From positions 162,955-226,954 of the forward strand of contig JABHTJ010000002.1 of the NCBI GenBank assembly GCA_018697295.1: a DNA stretch of 64,000 nt. Reading direction: 5' to 3'. A program made the position numbers and the translations under genes. The notes under the pieces are model-generated. The model was not told the origin of the DNA and did not search any database. It saw nothing but the letters and a program-made list of their open reading frames with translations. Position 1 is the stretch's first letter, and the number at the start of each line of letters is the position of its first letter. This DNA is from an archaeon. Lineage in GTDB: Archaea > Nanobdellota > Nanobdellia > Pacearchaeales > GW2011-AR1. Shown here piece after piece: positions 9,083 through 19,143 of the stretch.

Positions 9083-10510
9083 CTATTCTAAAACTTTTTT
9101 CAAAATACCCATTACTTCTTTTCCACTTACCTGGCCCTTGAATTTTCCCATAACAAGCCCCATGTAAGCTCCAGAACTCAAATTTGGTTTTTCCTTAATT
9201 ATTTTTCTTACTTCCGAATCTAAATCTATGTCGGACTTTTGTAATGCTTCATCTAAAGTTTTTCCTGAAGCAATATTTTTCATAACTACCTTAACATCAT
9301 TTGCTGCAATTGTTGAACCGACTTTTTCTAGAATGTCTTCTAATGTATGTGCGTTAAATATTTTGTTAAGTTCTTCTTTTGATAAATTTTGTTTCTTCGC
9401 AATTTCTTTTTGAAATAATGTTAGCATTTTTGCGATTAGTTCTGTGTTGTCAGAAGTTTTATTTAAGATTTTGAAATCTTCTACTTTCTTTTCTTTGAGA
9501 ACTGCCTTAACTAGTTCTTCGTTTAGTCCAAACTCTGCTAAAAATGATTTATGTTCTGATGATAACTTCGGCAAATTCTTTTTAGCCGTATCCATTTGTT
9601 CTCTTGAAATTTTGAGAAGTGGCGTATCTGTTTCTGGATACATTCGTGCACTTCCTGGCATTGGGCGCAAAAATTCACTTTTTCCGTTTGGAAGAGCTTT
9701 TCTTACTTCATTTTTACAAGAATTATTTTTTACACATTCAATTTGTCGCGAGACTTCTCCATCAATTATTTTTTCAAACATTTTTACATCTTGGAATCCC
9801 TTTATCTCAACTCGTTTGCTCTTTGCAATAGAAATATTTACATCTTGCCTGATTGTTCCAATTCCTCGTTTAACGTCGCATGCCCGTAAGATTTCTCCAA
9901 TTTTTAGTGCTGCTTCTTTTATTTGTTCTGCACTTTTTAGATCCGGATATGTTGTGATTTCGACCAATGGAATTCCTAGGCGGTCAAGTTTATACGTTTT
10001 TGTTTCTTCGCTTGTTTGTACTTTCCTTGCCGAATCTTCTTCTAGCGCGATTGATTCAATTCGAACACGGCCCTCTTTTGTTTCAATGTATCCGTCGTGA
10101 GCAATCATAACAGTTCTTTGAAATCCGGAAGTGTTTGAACCATCGATTACGGTTTTTCTCATGATCTGAGATACTGGGAAAATTTTTGCGTTAAGGAGCG
10201 TTGCTATTTGTAGTGCGATTTTTAATGCATTTTGATTTATTGGCCTTGGAGGTTCTTCATCTAATTCGACTAAACAATTTGTATCGAAGACTTGGTAGAT
10301 GAATTCTTTATTTTGTTCGTGTTCATGGAGTGCGGCAATGTCTACAACTCCTGTTTCTCCGATAACTGGGTTTAGAATTCTATTGATTTCATATTCTGGC
10401 TCGTCGCTTCTAAGTATTGAAGGACAAGAACAAAATAATTTATGAGTGTTTAATTGTTGATGAATTTCAAGACCGCTTTTGAGTCCGACTTTTTTGTAAT
10501 CATGTTCCAT
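9083..10510 (-). CDS. gatE: Glu-tRNA(Gln) amidotransferase subunit GatE (short form)
   Basis: GLEIHQQL, DEEPP, MRKTVIDGSNTSGFQRT, LDRLGIPLVEI, GTIRQDVNISI, RPMPGSARMYPETD. Confidence 0.95.
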   Translation of the reverse strand: MEHDYKKVGLKSGLEIHQQLNTHKLFCSCPSILRSDEPEYEINRILNPVIGETGVVDIAALHEHEQNKEFIYQVFDTNCLVELDEEPPRPINQNALKIALQIATLLNAKIFPVSQIMRKTVIDGSNTSGFQRTVMIAHDGYIETKEGRVRIESIALEEDSARKVQTSEETKTYKLDRLGIPLVEITTYPDLKSAEQIKEAALKIGEILRACDVKRGIGTIRQDVNISIAKSKRVEIKGFQDVKMFEKIIDGEVSRQIECVKNNSCKNEVRKALPNGKSEFLRPMPGSARMYPETDTPLLKISREQMDTAKKNLPKLSSEHKSFLAEFGLNEELVKAVLKEKKVEDFKILNKTSDNTELIAKMLTLFQKEIAKKQNLSKEELNKIFNAHTLEDILEKVGSTIAANDVKVVMKNIASGKTLDEALQKSDIDLDSEVRKIIKEKPNLSSGAYMGLVMGKFKGQVSGKEVMGILKKVLE

Positions 10511-10517
10511 TACTATC

Positions 10518-11183
10518 TTAATGAGTCAAGGATTTTAAAGATTGTTGTTTGATACTTTCGTAAAATTTTTTAGCTGAGATAAAATGTGGAAGTCTGAGTT
10601 TTCTTGCTATTTCTCTAGAATTTTTTCTATACCCATATAATGCAATTGGAGTTATTTTCACCGGATTATGAAAAATTACTTCATTATATTCTACAAGTCG
10701 ATATTTTTGTTTTGGTAAGAGTTTATAGCCATTTTTTACTCGGAATTTGTTTACTTCCTTCCATGCAGTTTCTGGCGAAGGAAATTTTTCGAGCATTTCT
10801 TTAGCCGTTTTACAGATGAATTTTTCAAAACCAGAGATTAGTTCCTGATTATAATATTGGTGAAGGTTATTTTTTATTCGATAGTATTGGACAATTATTT
10901 TATTAGTTTTAGTGAGGAGGATTAAATCGAATGGAGATACATAATCTGGCTTGTCTTTTGTTTTAAAAATTATTCCTTGTTGACGGTAAGTTTTTGTATA
11001 ATTTTTACTCAATGCCGTACATGCAAGTCTGCTTTTCTTTCCAAAACTTTTTGTATTTGGATTAATTTTTTTAGTCTTAATTATATCCTCGATTGATTGA
11101 AAATCTACTTTCTTTTTTGCCCTTAATGTTTTAGAAATAAAATCTTCTTCCAGGGATTTTACATAGAATACTTCTTTTTTCAT
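10518..11183 (-). CDS. Hypothetical basic protein
   Basis: 221-aa ORF with no firm motif. Confidence 0.65.
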   Translation of the reverse strand: MKKEVFYVKSLEEDFISKTLRAKKKVDFQSIEDIIKTKKINPNTKSFGKKSRLACTALSKNYTKTYRQQGIIFKTKDKPDYVSPFDLILLTKTNKIIVQYYRIKNNLHQYYNQELISGFEKFICKTAKEMLEKFPSPETAWKEVNKFRVKNGYKLLPKQKYRLVEYNEVIFHNPVKITPIALYGYRKNSREIARKLRLPHFISAKKFYESIKQQSLKSLTH

Positions 11184-11233
11184 AATTTGTTAAGTGGTTA
11201 GTTATCCTTAAAGGTTTCTAAAAGATTTTTTTA

Positions 11234-11310
11234 GATTCTCAATTGACGTCTCGTACGCCTATTTTGAATTGCGCCACGACGCTCCTCGTTCACGGTGGCG
11301 CTTGACAATC
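11234..11310 (-). repeat. Dispersed 77-nt structured element, copy 1 (ncRNA, REP or MITE-like)
   Basis: 59/77 ungapped identity to 38836..38912; terminal IR GATTSTC/GACAATC; internal GCGCCAC/GTGGCGC stem. Confidence 0.8.
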
Positions 11311-11375
11311 TAAGAAGTTTTAATTCGCAAAAACATTTATATAACCTTAATTCATTATAATGTTAAGGAGGTAAA

Positions 11376-11630
11376 GTGATGAAATTAGCAAATATCAAAT
11401 ATAAATCTGCAGTGTTCTTTGGAGTGTTCGTGTTTATTTCGGCAGTTCTTCAGACATTAGTTTCTCATCTTGCATATGGTTTAGCGAATGCGAGCATGCT
11501 CGATTTATATCTTTTGAATCCATTAAAAAGTGCGGCAATTATGTATATAACATTTTTTGTTGCAATTTATATCTATAATCTTTTAGCAAAGAAAGGATAT
11601 GGATTTTCTTGGGAGATGTCCAAGAAATAA
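11376..11630 (+). CDS. Small two-TM membrane protein
   Basis: AGGAGG RBS before the start; TATA box at about 11336; two hydrophobic segments. Confidence 0.75.
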   Translation: MMKLANIKYKSAVFFGVFVFISAVLQTLVSHLAYGLANASMLDLYLLNPLKSAAIMYITFFVAIYIYNLLAKKGYGFSWEMSKK

Positions 11631-11647
11631 ATTTTTTTATTTTTACT

Positions 11648-12931
11648 TTAATTTTTTAAATTGGGGTTAAATTCCCCTGAAATATTTTCTAGCATTTTTT
11701 CTTTAATGCTTTTTTTCCAATTTGGATGGGCGAGAACCCATGAAAGTTTTACGAAGGCTGTTTCTGAGAGCATATCATCTAAGAAGATTATTCCGGTTTT
11801 TTGTAATTGCCTTCCTGCGGAATAAACATTTGGGTTGAGGTTTCCAAATATTGTTTGAGCCGTTGCACAAATTATCATTCCTGAAGATATTGCTTTTTTT
11901 ATTTTTGGAATCCAATTATTTTTGGAATCTTTGCTTGGAACATGGCCAAGTCCTGTTGTTTCAAGAATTAATCCTTTGTACCCATTCTTCTGATACCATT
12001 CTATAATGCCTGGGTCTTGTCCAGGATAAATTTTTATGATTGCAACATCTGGAGAATACTTAATATCCATTTTTACTTTTTTTGTTTTGTCTTTTGCTTT
12101 AAACTCTTTTAAAATTTCAAGATTTATTTTTTCTTTTGATTTTGCTATTTTTGCAATTGGTGATGTATTGATTGCCTTGAATGCATCTCTTTTTGATGAA
12201 TGCATTTTTCTTGTTTTTGTGGGATTTATTGCAATGCATGAATTATCGTTTGAATCTGCATGACCTATAATTGCAATTTGGGCAATGTCTGATGTTGCAT
12301 ACTTTGCAGAACATAACAAATTAAGATATGCGTCGGTTGAGCCTCTGTCAATTGATCTTTGAGAATACGTGATTGCAATTGGTTTGTTTAGTTGTTTAAT
12401 AAAAAATGAGAGTGCAGTTCCGGTATATGAAATCGTGTCTGTTCCTTGGGCAATTATTATTCCGTCGATAGATTCATCATTTAATAATGGTTCAATTGTT
12501 TTTGCAATCTTTATCCAATGGAAACTACTCATATTCTCTGAAAGTGCGAGGAATGGTTTTTTGATAGTTGTTATGTTTGCTATATCTTTTATTTCTGGAA
12601 CAATATTTAGAATTGCTTGTCCGTCTGTAGGAATTACTGCCCCAGTTTTTGAATCAAGACGAGAAGAAATTGTTCCTCCAGTAATTATTAATGCGATATT
12701 TTTTTTATCTTTGTTTATCTCTGGTTTGAACTCTTTTTTTGGAAGTTCTTTAGATTTTTCTAATAATTTTGCATTTAGGATTTCGTTTTCTCTAATTCCA
12801 ATGTTATATCCTGATTGGAGCTTTAGGAGAATTATTTCTGGGTCGTGAGATTCTAAGACATAACCTTCCCATTCTCTTGTTTTTGTTTTGAACAAGACTT
12901 TATCTCCCGGAGCGTATACTTTAGTTTTCAT
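11648..12931 (-). CDS. gatD: Glu-tRNA(Gln) amidotransferase subunit GatD
   Basis: KLQSGYNIGI N-terminal domain, TGGTISS, QGTDT, SQRSIDRGSTD, RKMHSSKRDAF asparaginase motifs. Confidence 0.95.
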   Translation of the reverse strand: MKTKVYAPGDKVLFKTKTREWEGYVLESHDPEIILLKLQSGYNIGIRENEILNAKLLEKSKELPKKEFKPEINKDKKNIALIITGGTISSRLDSKTGAVIPTDGQAILNIVPEIKDIANITTIKKPFLALSENMSSFHWIKIAKTIEPLLNDESIDGIIIAQGTDTISYTGTALSFFIKQLNKPIAITYSQRSIDRGSTDAYLNLLCSAKYATSDIAQIAIIGHADSNDNSCIAINPTKTRKMHSSKRDAFKAINTSPIAKIAKSKEKINLEILKEFKAKDKTKKVKMDIKYSPDVAIIKIYPGQDPGIIEWYQKNGYKGLILETTGLGHVPSKDSKNNWIPKIKKAISSGMIICATAQTIFGNLNPNVYSAGRQLQKTGIIFLDDMLSETAFVKLSWVLAHPNWKKSIKEKMLENISGEFNPNLKN

Positions 12932-13009
12932 AATTATTCTAGGAAGATTTAGATTTTAAAGTTTACGGGATATACTCAGATTTATATATCTTTGAATAAT
13001 TTATTAGTT

Positions 13010-13267
13010 ATGGAAATTATGATGTATGTTAAACCTGGATGTCCTTTTTGTAATTCTGCTCAAAAATTTTTTGATGAAAAGAATTTGGAATACAAAACGA
13101 TTAATTATTTTGAAATTAATCGTGATGAAATGGATGGACTTATGAAAAAGACTAATAATTGGCCGACAGCTCCTATGATTTTTATTGATGGGAATTTTTA
13201 TGGCGGTTATCAAGATCTTTTGAAGTTAGATAATTCTGGGAAGCTCGACGAGATTTTAAAAAAATAA
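13010..13267 (+). CDS. Glutaredoxin
   Basis: CPFC, TAPMIFI, GGYQDL; ATG at 13010 fits TATA spacing. Confidence 0.92.
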   Translation: MEIMMYVKPGCPFCNSAQKFFDEKNLEYKTINYFEINRDEMDGLMKKTNNWPTAPMIFIDGNFYGGYQDLLKLDNSGKLDEILKK

Positions 13268-13319
13268 ATTAAGGAAAATCTTTAAATAGATGTTATCGAT
13301 TTATTATATTAGGTGATAT

Positions 13320-14696
13320 ATGGAAAAGGAAAAAGGTGTTTTATTTGTAGTTTTTGGAGCGACTGGAAATTTGACTAAGAAAAAGTTGATTCCAGGAATT
13401 TATAATTTGGTTAAACGCAAGGGAATTAAGAAATTTAAGATTCTTGGGATTGCTCGCAGACCCTCTAGTGGGCATAAAATTGCTATGTCTGGGAAAAAAC
13501 ATATTGATGGAAAAATAGACTCTTCCGCTTTTTCTAACGTTCTTGCGAATACTCATTACGTTCAAATGGATTTTAGCGAATCTATTGATTATGTTAAATT
13601 GCAACAGAGGATACAAAAATATGAATCTGATGGATTTGCCAATAAAGTTTTTTATTTAGCGACTGGCTCTGATAAGTTCGAAGTTATTTCTAGTAATTTG
13701 AAGAAAATTGGAGTAACTAAAGAGAAAAAATGTTGGACTCGCGTTGTCTATGAAAAACCTTTTGGAAAAAATTTGAAGAGTGCAAAGAAATTGAACGCGT
13801 GTATTCATAAAATTTTTGACGAGAAGCAAATTTATCGGATTGACCATTATCTTGGAAAAGAACTTGTTGAAAATGTTTTAGTTCTTCGTTTTACGAATCG
13901 TGTTTTGGAGCCTGTTTGGAATAAATATCATGTTGAAAGTATTAGTGTCGTTCTTGACGAGAATGTTGGAATTGGTGAACGAGGTGCCTATTATGATTCT
14001 TATGGAGCTGTTCTTGATATGGTTCAAAATCATATGTTGCAACTTTTATCTTTAGTTACTATGGAAATGCCAGAATCTTTTTCTGGAGATTTTATTCAAA
14101 ATAAAAAAGCAGAACTTTTAAAAAATGTTCGAATTACGAAAACTCTTGTTGGACAATATAAGGGTTATACTAGTGAAAGCGGTATACCTAAAAATTCAAA
14201 AACAGAAACCTTTGCTGCCCATCTCTTAAAAATTAAAAATCCGCGTTGGAATGGTGTTCCAATTTATTTTAGGACGGGTAAATTTTTGGGAAAAAAGGAA
14301 TCAAAGATTGTAATTAATTTTAAGCCGGTAAAATGTTTGTTTGATAAAACGTGTCCGTCGAATGGAAATTCTTTAGAGATAAGATTATTTCCAAATCCGG
14401 GAATTGAGCTTATTCTTAATTCAAAATCTCCCGGAAAGCAAGCTGCGAGAAATATTAAAATGGACTTTTGTTATGATTGCGAGTATGGCCCAAATACCCC
14501 TGAAGGATATGAAAATTTGTTTAAGGATATTCTTTTAGGGAATCAAACTACCTTTACTCGAGAAGATGAGCTTTTCAATTCTTGGAAAATTGTAGATAAG
14601 GTTTCTCGAGGTAAACTTCATAAGTATTCTAAGAAAAGTACGGGTCCTAAGGCTCTTGAGAAATTTAATAAAAATTCTGGAGTTAGATTGGCATGA
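13320..14696 (+). CDS. zwf: Glucose-6-phosphate 1-dehydrogenase (bacterial type)
   Basis: GATGNL, EKPFG, RIDHYLGKE, DMVQNH, RTGK. Confidence 0.96.
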   Translation: MEKEKGVLFVVFGATGNLTKKKLIPGIYNLVKRKGIKKFKILGIARRPSSGHKIAMSGKKHIDGKIDSSAFSNVLANTHYVQMDFSESIDYVKLQQRIQKYESDGFANKVFYLATGSDKFEVISSNLKKIGVTKEKKCWTRVVYEKPFGKNLKSAKKLNACIHKIFDEKQIYRIDHYLGKELVENVLVLRFTNRVLEPVWNKYHVESISVVLDENVGIGERGAYYDSYGAVLDMVQNHMLQLLSLVTMEMPESFSGDFIQNKKAELLKNVRITKTLVGQYKGYTSESGIPKNSKTETFAAHLLKIKNPRWNGVPIYFRTGKFLGKKESKIVINFKPVKCLFDKTCPSNGNSLEIRLFPNPGIELILNSKSPGKQAARNIKMDFCYDCEYGPNTPEGYENLFKDILLGNQTTFTREDELFNSWKIVDKVSRGKLHKYSKKSTGPKALEKFNKNSGVRLA

Positions 14697-15598
14697 AGAT
14701 TGGCTTTGTAGGGTTGGGGAGAATGGGATCTGCGATGGTTCAAAATTTGTCAGAGCATAAGCATTCAGTTGTCGTTTACAATCGCTCAAAAGGTCCTGCA
14801 AAAAAACTTAGTAATGGAAAAAATATTTTTGCGAGTGATTCTTTGGAAGATATGGTTTCTAAACTTCCAAGTAATGAGCGAAAAATTATTTGGTTAATGG
14901 TTACTGCAGGAAAAGTTGTCGACAAAATTATGTTTTCATTAATTCCATTATTAAATAAGGGAGATATTATTATCGATGGAGGAAATTCATTTTACAAAGA
15001 TTCTATTCGAAGAAATAAGACTTTGAAGAAAAAGGGAATTTATTTTTTTGATTGTGGCACGAGTGGCGGAATTGAGGGTGCTCGACATGGTGCTTGTATG
15101 ATGATTGGAGGAGAGAAGAAAATTTTTAGAACTATTGAGCCTTTGTTTAAATCAATGTGTGTGGAAAATGGTTCTGGTTATATGGGAAAAAGTGGTGGTG
15201 GACATTTTGTCAAGATGGTTCATAATGGAATTGAATATGGGATGATGGGATCTATTAATGAGGGATTTTTGGCGCTTGAAAAATATGAAAAGAAATTTGA
15301 TTTTGATTTGAAAGAAGTTTCTAAAGTGTATGCGAATGGGAGTATAGTTGAAGGTCGCCTAATGGGTTGGCTGTGGGATTCTTTTAGGAGAGAAAAATAT
15401 CTGCGTTCTATTAGTTGCGAGGTTCCTCGAGGAGAAACTGAAAAAGAAATGAGAAAATTGGAACGACTCTCTGAAATGAAGATTTTGCAAGAAGCTAGAT
15501 TGATGAGGAAACGAACTCGAAAGCTTGGACGATGTGGTAGATTAATTGCTGCTATGAGAAATCAATTTGGCGGTCATGCTGTTAAAACGCGAAGATAA
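14693..15598 (+). CDS. gnd: 6-phosphogluconate dehydrogenase, decarboxylating (short form)
   Basis: GLGRMG, IDGGNS, GTSGG, VKMVHNGIEYG, RNQFGGH; ATGA overlap with zwf. Confidence 0.95.
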   Translation: MKIGFVGLGRMGSAMVQNLSEHKHSVVVYNRSKGPAKKLSNGKNIFASDSLEDMVSKLPSNERKIIWLMVTAGKVVDKIMFSLIPLLNKGDIIIDGGNSFYKDSIRRNKTLKKKGIYFFDCGTSGGIEGARHGACMMIGGEKKIFRTIEPLFKSMCVENGSGYMGKSGGGHFVKMVHNGIEYGMMGSINEGFLALEKYEKKFDFDLKEVSKVYANGSIVEGRLMGWLWDSFRREKYLRSISCEVPRGETEKEMRKLERLSEMKILQEARLMRKRTRKLGRCGRLIAAMRNQFGGHAVKTRR

Positions 15599-15602
15599 TC
15601 TA

Positions 15603-17426
15603 ATGTTAATGATGGAAAAAAAATTACAACAAATTGCGAAGGTTCTTAGAAAAGATTCTCTTGAAATGACGACTTCAGCTGGAAGCGGGCATCCCTCTTC
15701 GTGTTTGTCTTGTGCAGATTTAATGAGCGTTTTGTTTTTTAATGAAATGAAATATGATGTTAAAAATTCTAAAAATCCTGATAATGACGAATTTATAATG
15801 AGTAAGGGTCATGCTGCACCAATTCTTTATTCTTCATTGTATCGTGCAGGATGCATTAAAGATAATCTGATGAAACTTAGAGATTTGAAGAGTAATCTTG
15901 AAGGCCATCCAGTTCCTTCTAGTCTTGATTGGATCAAAGTTGCTACAGGTTCGCTTGGACAAGGACTTGGTGTTGGAGTTGGAATGGCAATTGCTGCGAA
16001 ACTACAGAAAAGAAAAAATAAAATATTTGTTTTGATGGGAGATTCTGAAGTTGCTGAAGGTTCTGTTTTTGAAGCTATGGAACTTGCACAGCATTATAAA
16101 TTGAACAATCTTGTTGCAATTATTGATATTAATCGACTCGGACAGCGAGGAGAAACATTGCTTGGACACGATATTAGCGCGTATAAAAAAAGATATGCTG
16201 GATTTGGATTTGAAATTTTTTCAATTGATGGAAATTCAATTAAGGAAATTTTGAGAGTTTTCAAAAAAGCTCGTACTTCAAAAAAACCTGTTTTAATTTT
16301 AGCTAAAACTTTGAAAGGAAAAGAAGTATCTTTGCTTGAAAATAAAAATGGTTGGCATGGAAAAGCGTTAAAATCTGAGGAACTTGAACATGTTTTGGAA
16401 GATCTGGGAGAAGCAAAAATGCCCAAGGTAACTATTCGAAAACCAATAAAAAAACTTTATCCTTTTTCTAAAAAGAAGTTGAAATTAAAGAAATATTCTT
16501 CTGATGTTGCAATTGCTACTCGGAAAGTTTATGGAGAAACGCTTGCTTCTCTCGCTCTTGCAAATGGAAATGTTTTGGGAATTGATGCAGAAGTTTCGAA
16601 TTCTACTTTTTCTGCAGAATTGAAAAAGAAAACTTCAAAACAATTTATTGAAGCTTTTATCGCAGAACAAAATATGCTTAGTGTTTCGCTTGGCTTAAGT
16701 AAAAAGGGGTTTAGAGTTTTTGCGTCGACGTTTTCTGCCTTTTTATCTCGGGCACACGATCAAATTCGAATGGCTAGTTTAAGTGATGCTAACTTCGTTG
16801 TTTGCGGAAGTCATAGTGGGGTTTCAATTGGTGAAGATGGTTCGAGTCAAATGGGTCTTGAAGACATTTCACTTTTTCGTAGCTTGAATAATTCTCAGGT
16901 TTTCTATCCAAGCGATGCATTGAGCGCCCAAAAATTAACTGTTGCTGCTTCAAAACTCTCTGGAATTACTTATCTTCGTACGAGTCGACCCGCAACGTTT
17001 CCATTGTATTCTTCATCTGAAAAATTTAATGTTGGAGATTTTAAAATTTTAAAACAATCAAAAAAAGATGTGGCTGTTTTTGTTGGTTCTGGAATTACGG
17101 TTTATGAAGCACTCAAGGCACACGAAGCAATGGGGAAGAAAGGAATTAGTGTGGCAGTTGTTGATTTATATTCTATAAAACCCTTTAATCATGCAAAGTT
17201 TATTCGATTTGTGAAAAAACACGGAAATAAAATTGTCTTGGCCGAGGATCATCGTAGTGAGGGTGGAATTGGAGAGATGGTTGCCGAAGGTTTGGTTGGT
17301 AAAAATATTTCAATGAAACATTTGGCCGTTAGAAAATTATCCCATTCTGGAACTGTGGATGAACTTCTTGAGAGGCATAAGATAAATTCTAAAGCTTATT
17401 TGGAAGGATATAAAAAACTAAAATAG
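15603..17426 (+). CDS. tkt: Transketolase (single chain)
   Basis: SGHPSS, SKGHA, LEGHP, TGSLGQG, GDSE, IAEQNM, GEDGSSQ. Confidence 0.95.
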   Translation: MLMMEKKLQQIAKVLRKDSLEMTTSAGSGHPSSCLSCADLMSVLFFNEMKYDVKNSKNPDNDEFIMSKGHAAPILYSSLYRAGCIKDNLMKLRDLKSNLEGHPVPSSLDWIKVATGSLGQGLGVGVGMAIAAKLQKRKNKIFVLMGDSEVAEGSVFEAMELAQHYKLNNLVAIIDINRLGQRGETLLGHDISAYKKRYAGFGFEIFSIDGNSIKEILRVFKKARTSKKPVLILAKTLKGKEVSLLENKNGWHGKALKSEELEHVLEDLGEAKMPKVTIRKPIKKLYPFSKKKLKLKKYSSDVAIATRKVYGETLASLALANGNVLGIDAEVSNSTFSAELKKKTSKQFIEAFIAEQNMLSVSLGLSKKGFRVFASTFSAFLSRAHDQIRMASLSDANFVVCGSHSGVSIGEDGSSQMGLEDISLFRSLNNSQVFYPSDALSAQKLTVAASKLSGITYLRTSRPATFPLYSSSEKFNVGDFKILKQSKKDVAVFVGSGITVYEALKAHEAMGKKGISVAVVDLYSIKPFNHAKFIRFVKKHGNKIVLAEDHRSEGGIGEMVAEGLVGKNISMKHLAVRKLSHSGTVDELLERHKINSKAYLEGYKKLK

Positions 17427-17428
17427 AT

Positions 17429-18394
17429 TTACCAACACTCTTTTGAGATGTTTACTCTTTCATGTTTAATCTTCTTTAGAATTTGTTGGAGTGAGAGTAG
17501 CCCTGTATTTTTTTGCTGAGTGATTATTGATTGAGCACTTTTTATTGCGATTTTTATTGATTTTTCTATATCGTCATATTTTATCATTGAAGATACAAAT
17601 GAGATTGCAAATACATCTCCTGCTCCTGTTGATTTTTTCGCGGTTATTTTTTTCGGTTTAAATGTGTAGATATTTTTTCCGTTAGAAATTTTTCCTTTTT
17701 TATTTCCGTTAGTTATGCAAATAATTTTTGCTCCAAGTTTATGCAACTTTTTGAAAATTTCCTTTTCATTTTTTGCTTTTTTGACAAGGGTGTGTGCCTC
17801 TTCTTTATTCATTTGAAGAATATCTGCGTTTTTTATGATTTTTTTTATTTTTCCCAATCCTTGATTTATTTTTTTTATTCCGGGATTGTAAGATATTTTA
17901 ATATTATTTTTTATTGCAAAACTGATTAATTTTTTTTGTGTTTGAAATGATTCGTCATTCATCGATGTGAAATGAAACCATTTTGTGTTTAATTTTTTGA
18001 GATTGATTTCATTATAGGAAAGCATATCACTTGCTCCCTTGAATGTGAGGATTGTTCTCCTATTGTTTGTACTCTTGAGAATAATTGAATAGCCGGTGTG
18101 TTCTTTTGATGTTGTTCCTAGGAAATCTACATTTGATTTTTTTAGTTCTCTAAGAATTATTTGTGCGTTATAACCAGAGCCTATTTTTCCAAGAAATGCT
18201 GTTTTCATTCCAAGTTTTGATGCACATCTTGCAGTATTTGTTCCTCCACCTCCGCTTGAAAAAATTATCTTATCTAGGGGAATTTTTGTTCCGAGTGGAA
18301 TTTTTATAAAATGATTTTTTTCTTGAATATTTGTTTGAAGAGATGCATCGATTAAACCACTTCCAACTGTTATGATGTCGTATTTCTTCCCCAT
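17429..18394 (-). CDS. PfkB family carbohydrate kinase
   Basis: GGGGTNTA, NKEEA, STGAGDVF. Confidence 0.9.
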   Translation of the reverse strand: MGKKYDIITVGSGLIDASLQTNIQEKNHFIKIPLGTKIPLDKIIFSSGGGGTNTARCASKLGMKTAFLGKIGSGYNAQIILRELKKSNVDFLGTTSKEHTGYSIILKSTNNRRTILTFKGASDMLSYNEINLKKLNTKWFHFTSMNDESFQTQKKLISFAIKNNIKISYNPGIKKINQGLGKIKKIIKNADILQMNKEEAHTLVKKAKNEKEIFKKLHKLGAKIICITNGNKKGKISNGKNIYTFKPKKITAKKSTGAGDVFAISFVSSMIKYDDIEKSIKIAIKSAQSIITQQKNTGLLSLQQILKKIKHERVNISKECW

Positions 18395-18486
18395 CTTTTT
18401 TGTTTAAGGAAGTTGAGGTATTTATAGGTTTTTGTTTGAATTGTTTTAGAAACTATTAAATAACTTCTTCTCGATTAGTTTTTAAG

Positions 18487-19143
18487 ATGGTGAAAAAGAA
18501 GAATATTCTAATTTGTTTTGATCGCGATGGGACGATAATTTATGATGATAAATATCATTTAGGAAGTCAAAAAAATTGGAAAGATTTGATTCGCTTTAGA
18601 CGAGGGATTTTTGGCAGTTTGAAAATGTTGAATAAAAAACTTCCTGATGCTAAAATTTATATGATTTCTAATCAGTCTGGTGTTGCGATTAAAGATTTTC
18701 CCTTACTTACTGAAAAAAAATCCAGAGAAGTTTGTCGTTATATTGTAAACTTGATTAAGGAACGAGGTGTTGACTTGGAAAAATGTTTTGTTTGCCCTCA
18801 TACGACCAAAGCATATACAAAATCTCATCCACAATTTACCTTCGATAAAAAAATTCTTTGTAATTGTAAATGTAATAAACCTCTTCCTGGAATGGTTTTG
18901 GAGGCTCTTAGGGATGCTGGTTGGAAACGAGAAAATACTTCTATTTATATTGTTGGAGATAGGGCAAGCGATTTACAAACTGCTCATAATGCTCGCGGTT
19001 TTGGAATTTTAGTTCCTTTTGGAAATCGTCCTGGGGAGAAAAAGTTGGTTGGGAAATTGAAAGATAAGGAAAGGCATATTTCGAAGAATTTTGGAGATGC
19101 TGTAGAATTTATTGTTCATCGTGAAAATGGTTTGCGAGCTTAA
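18487..19143 (+). CDS. HAD-IIIA phosphatase (GmhB/HisB-like)
   Basis: FDRDGT, SNQSG, CPH...CKCNKP, VGDRASD. Confidence 0.9.
   Translation: MVKKKNILICFDRDGTIIYDDKYHLGSQKNWKDLIRFRRGIFGSLKMLNKKLPDAKIYMISNQSGVAIKDFPLLTEKKSREVCRYIVNLIKERGVDLEKCFVCPHTTKAYTKSHPQFTFDKKILCNCKCNKPLPGMVLEALRDAGWKRENTSIYIVGDRASDLQTAHNARGFGILVPFGNRPGEKKLVGKLKDKERHISKNFGDAVEFIVHRENGLRA

Noticed and set aside
11234-11310. 77-nt element as a hammerhead ribozyme, tRNA fragment or SECIS
   Set aside because: No CUGANGA/GAAA core, no T-loop or anticodon arm, and no selenoprotein evidence (DUF3179 has Cys)
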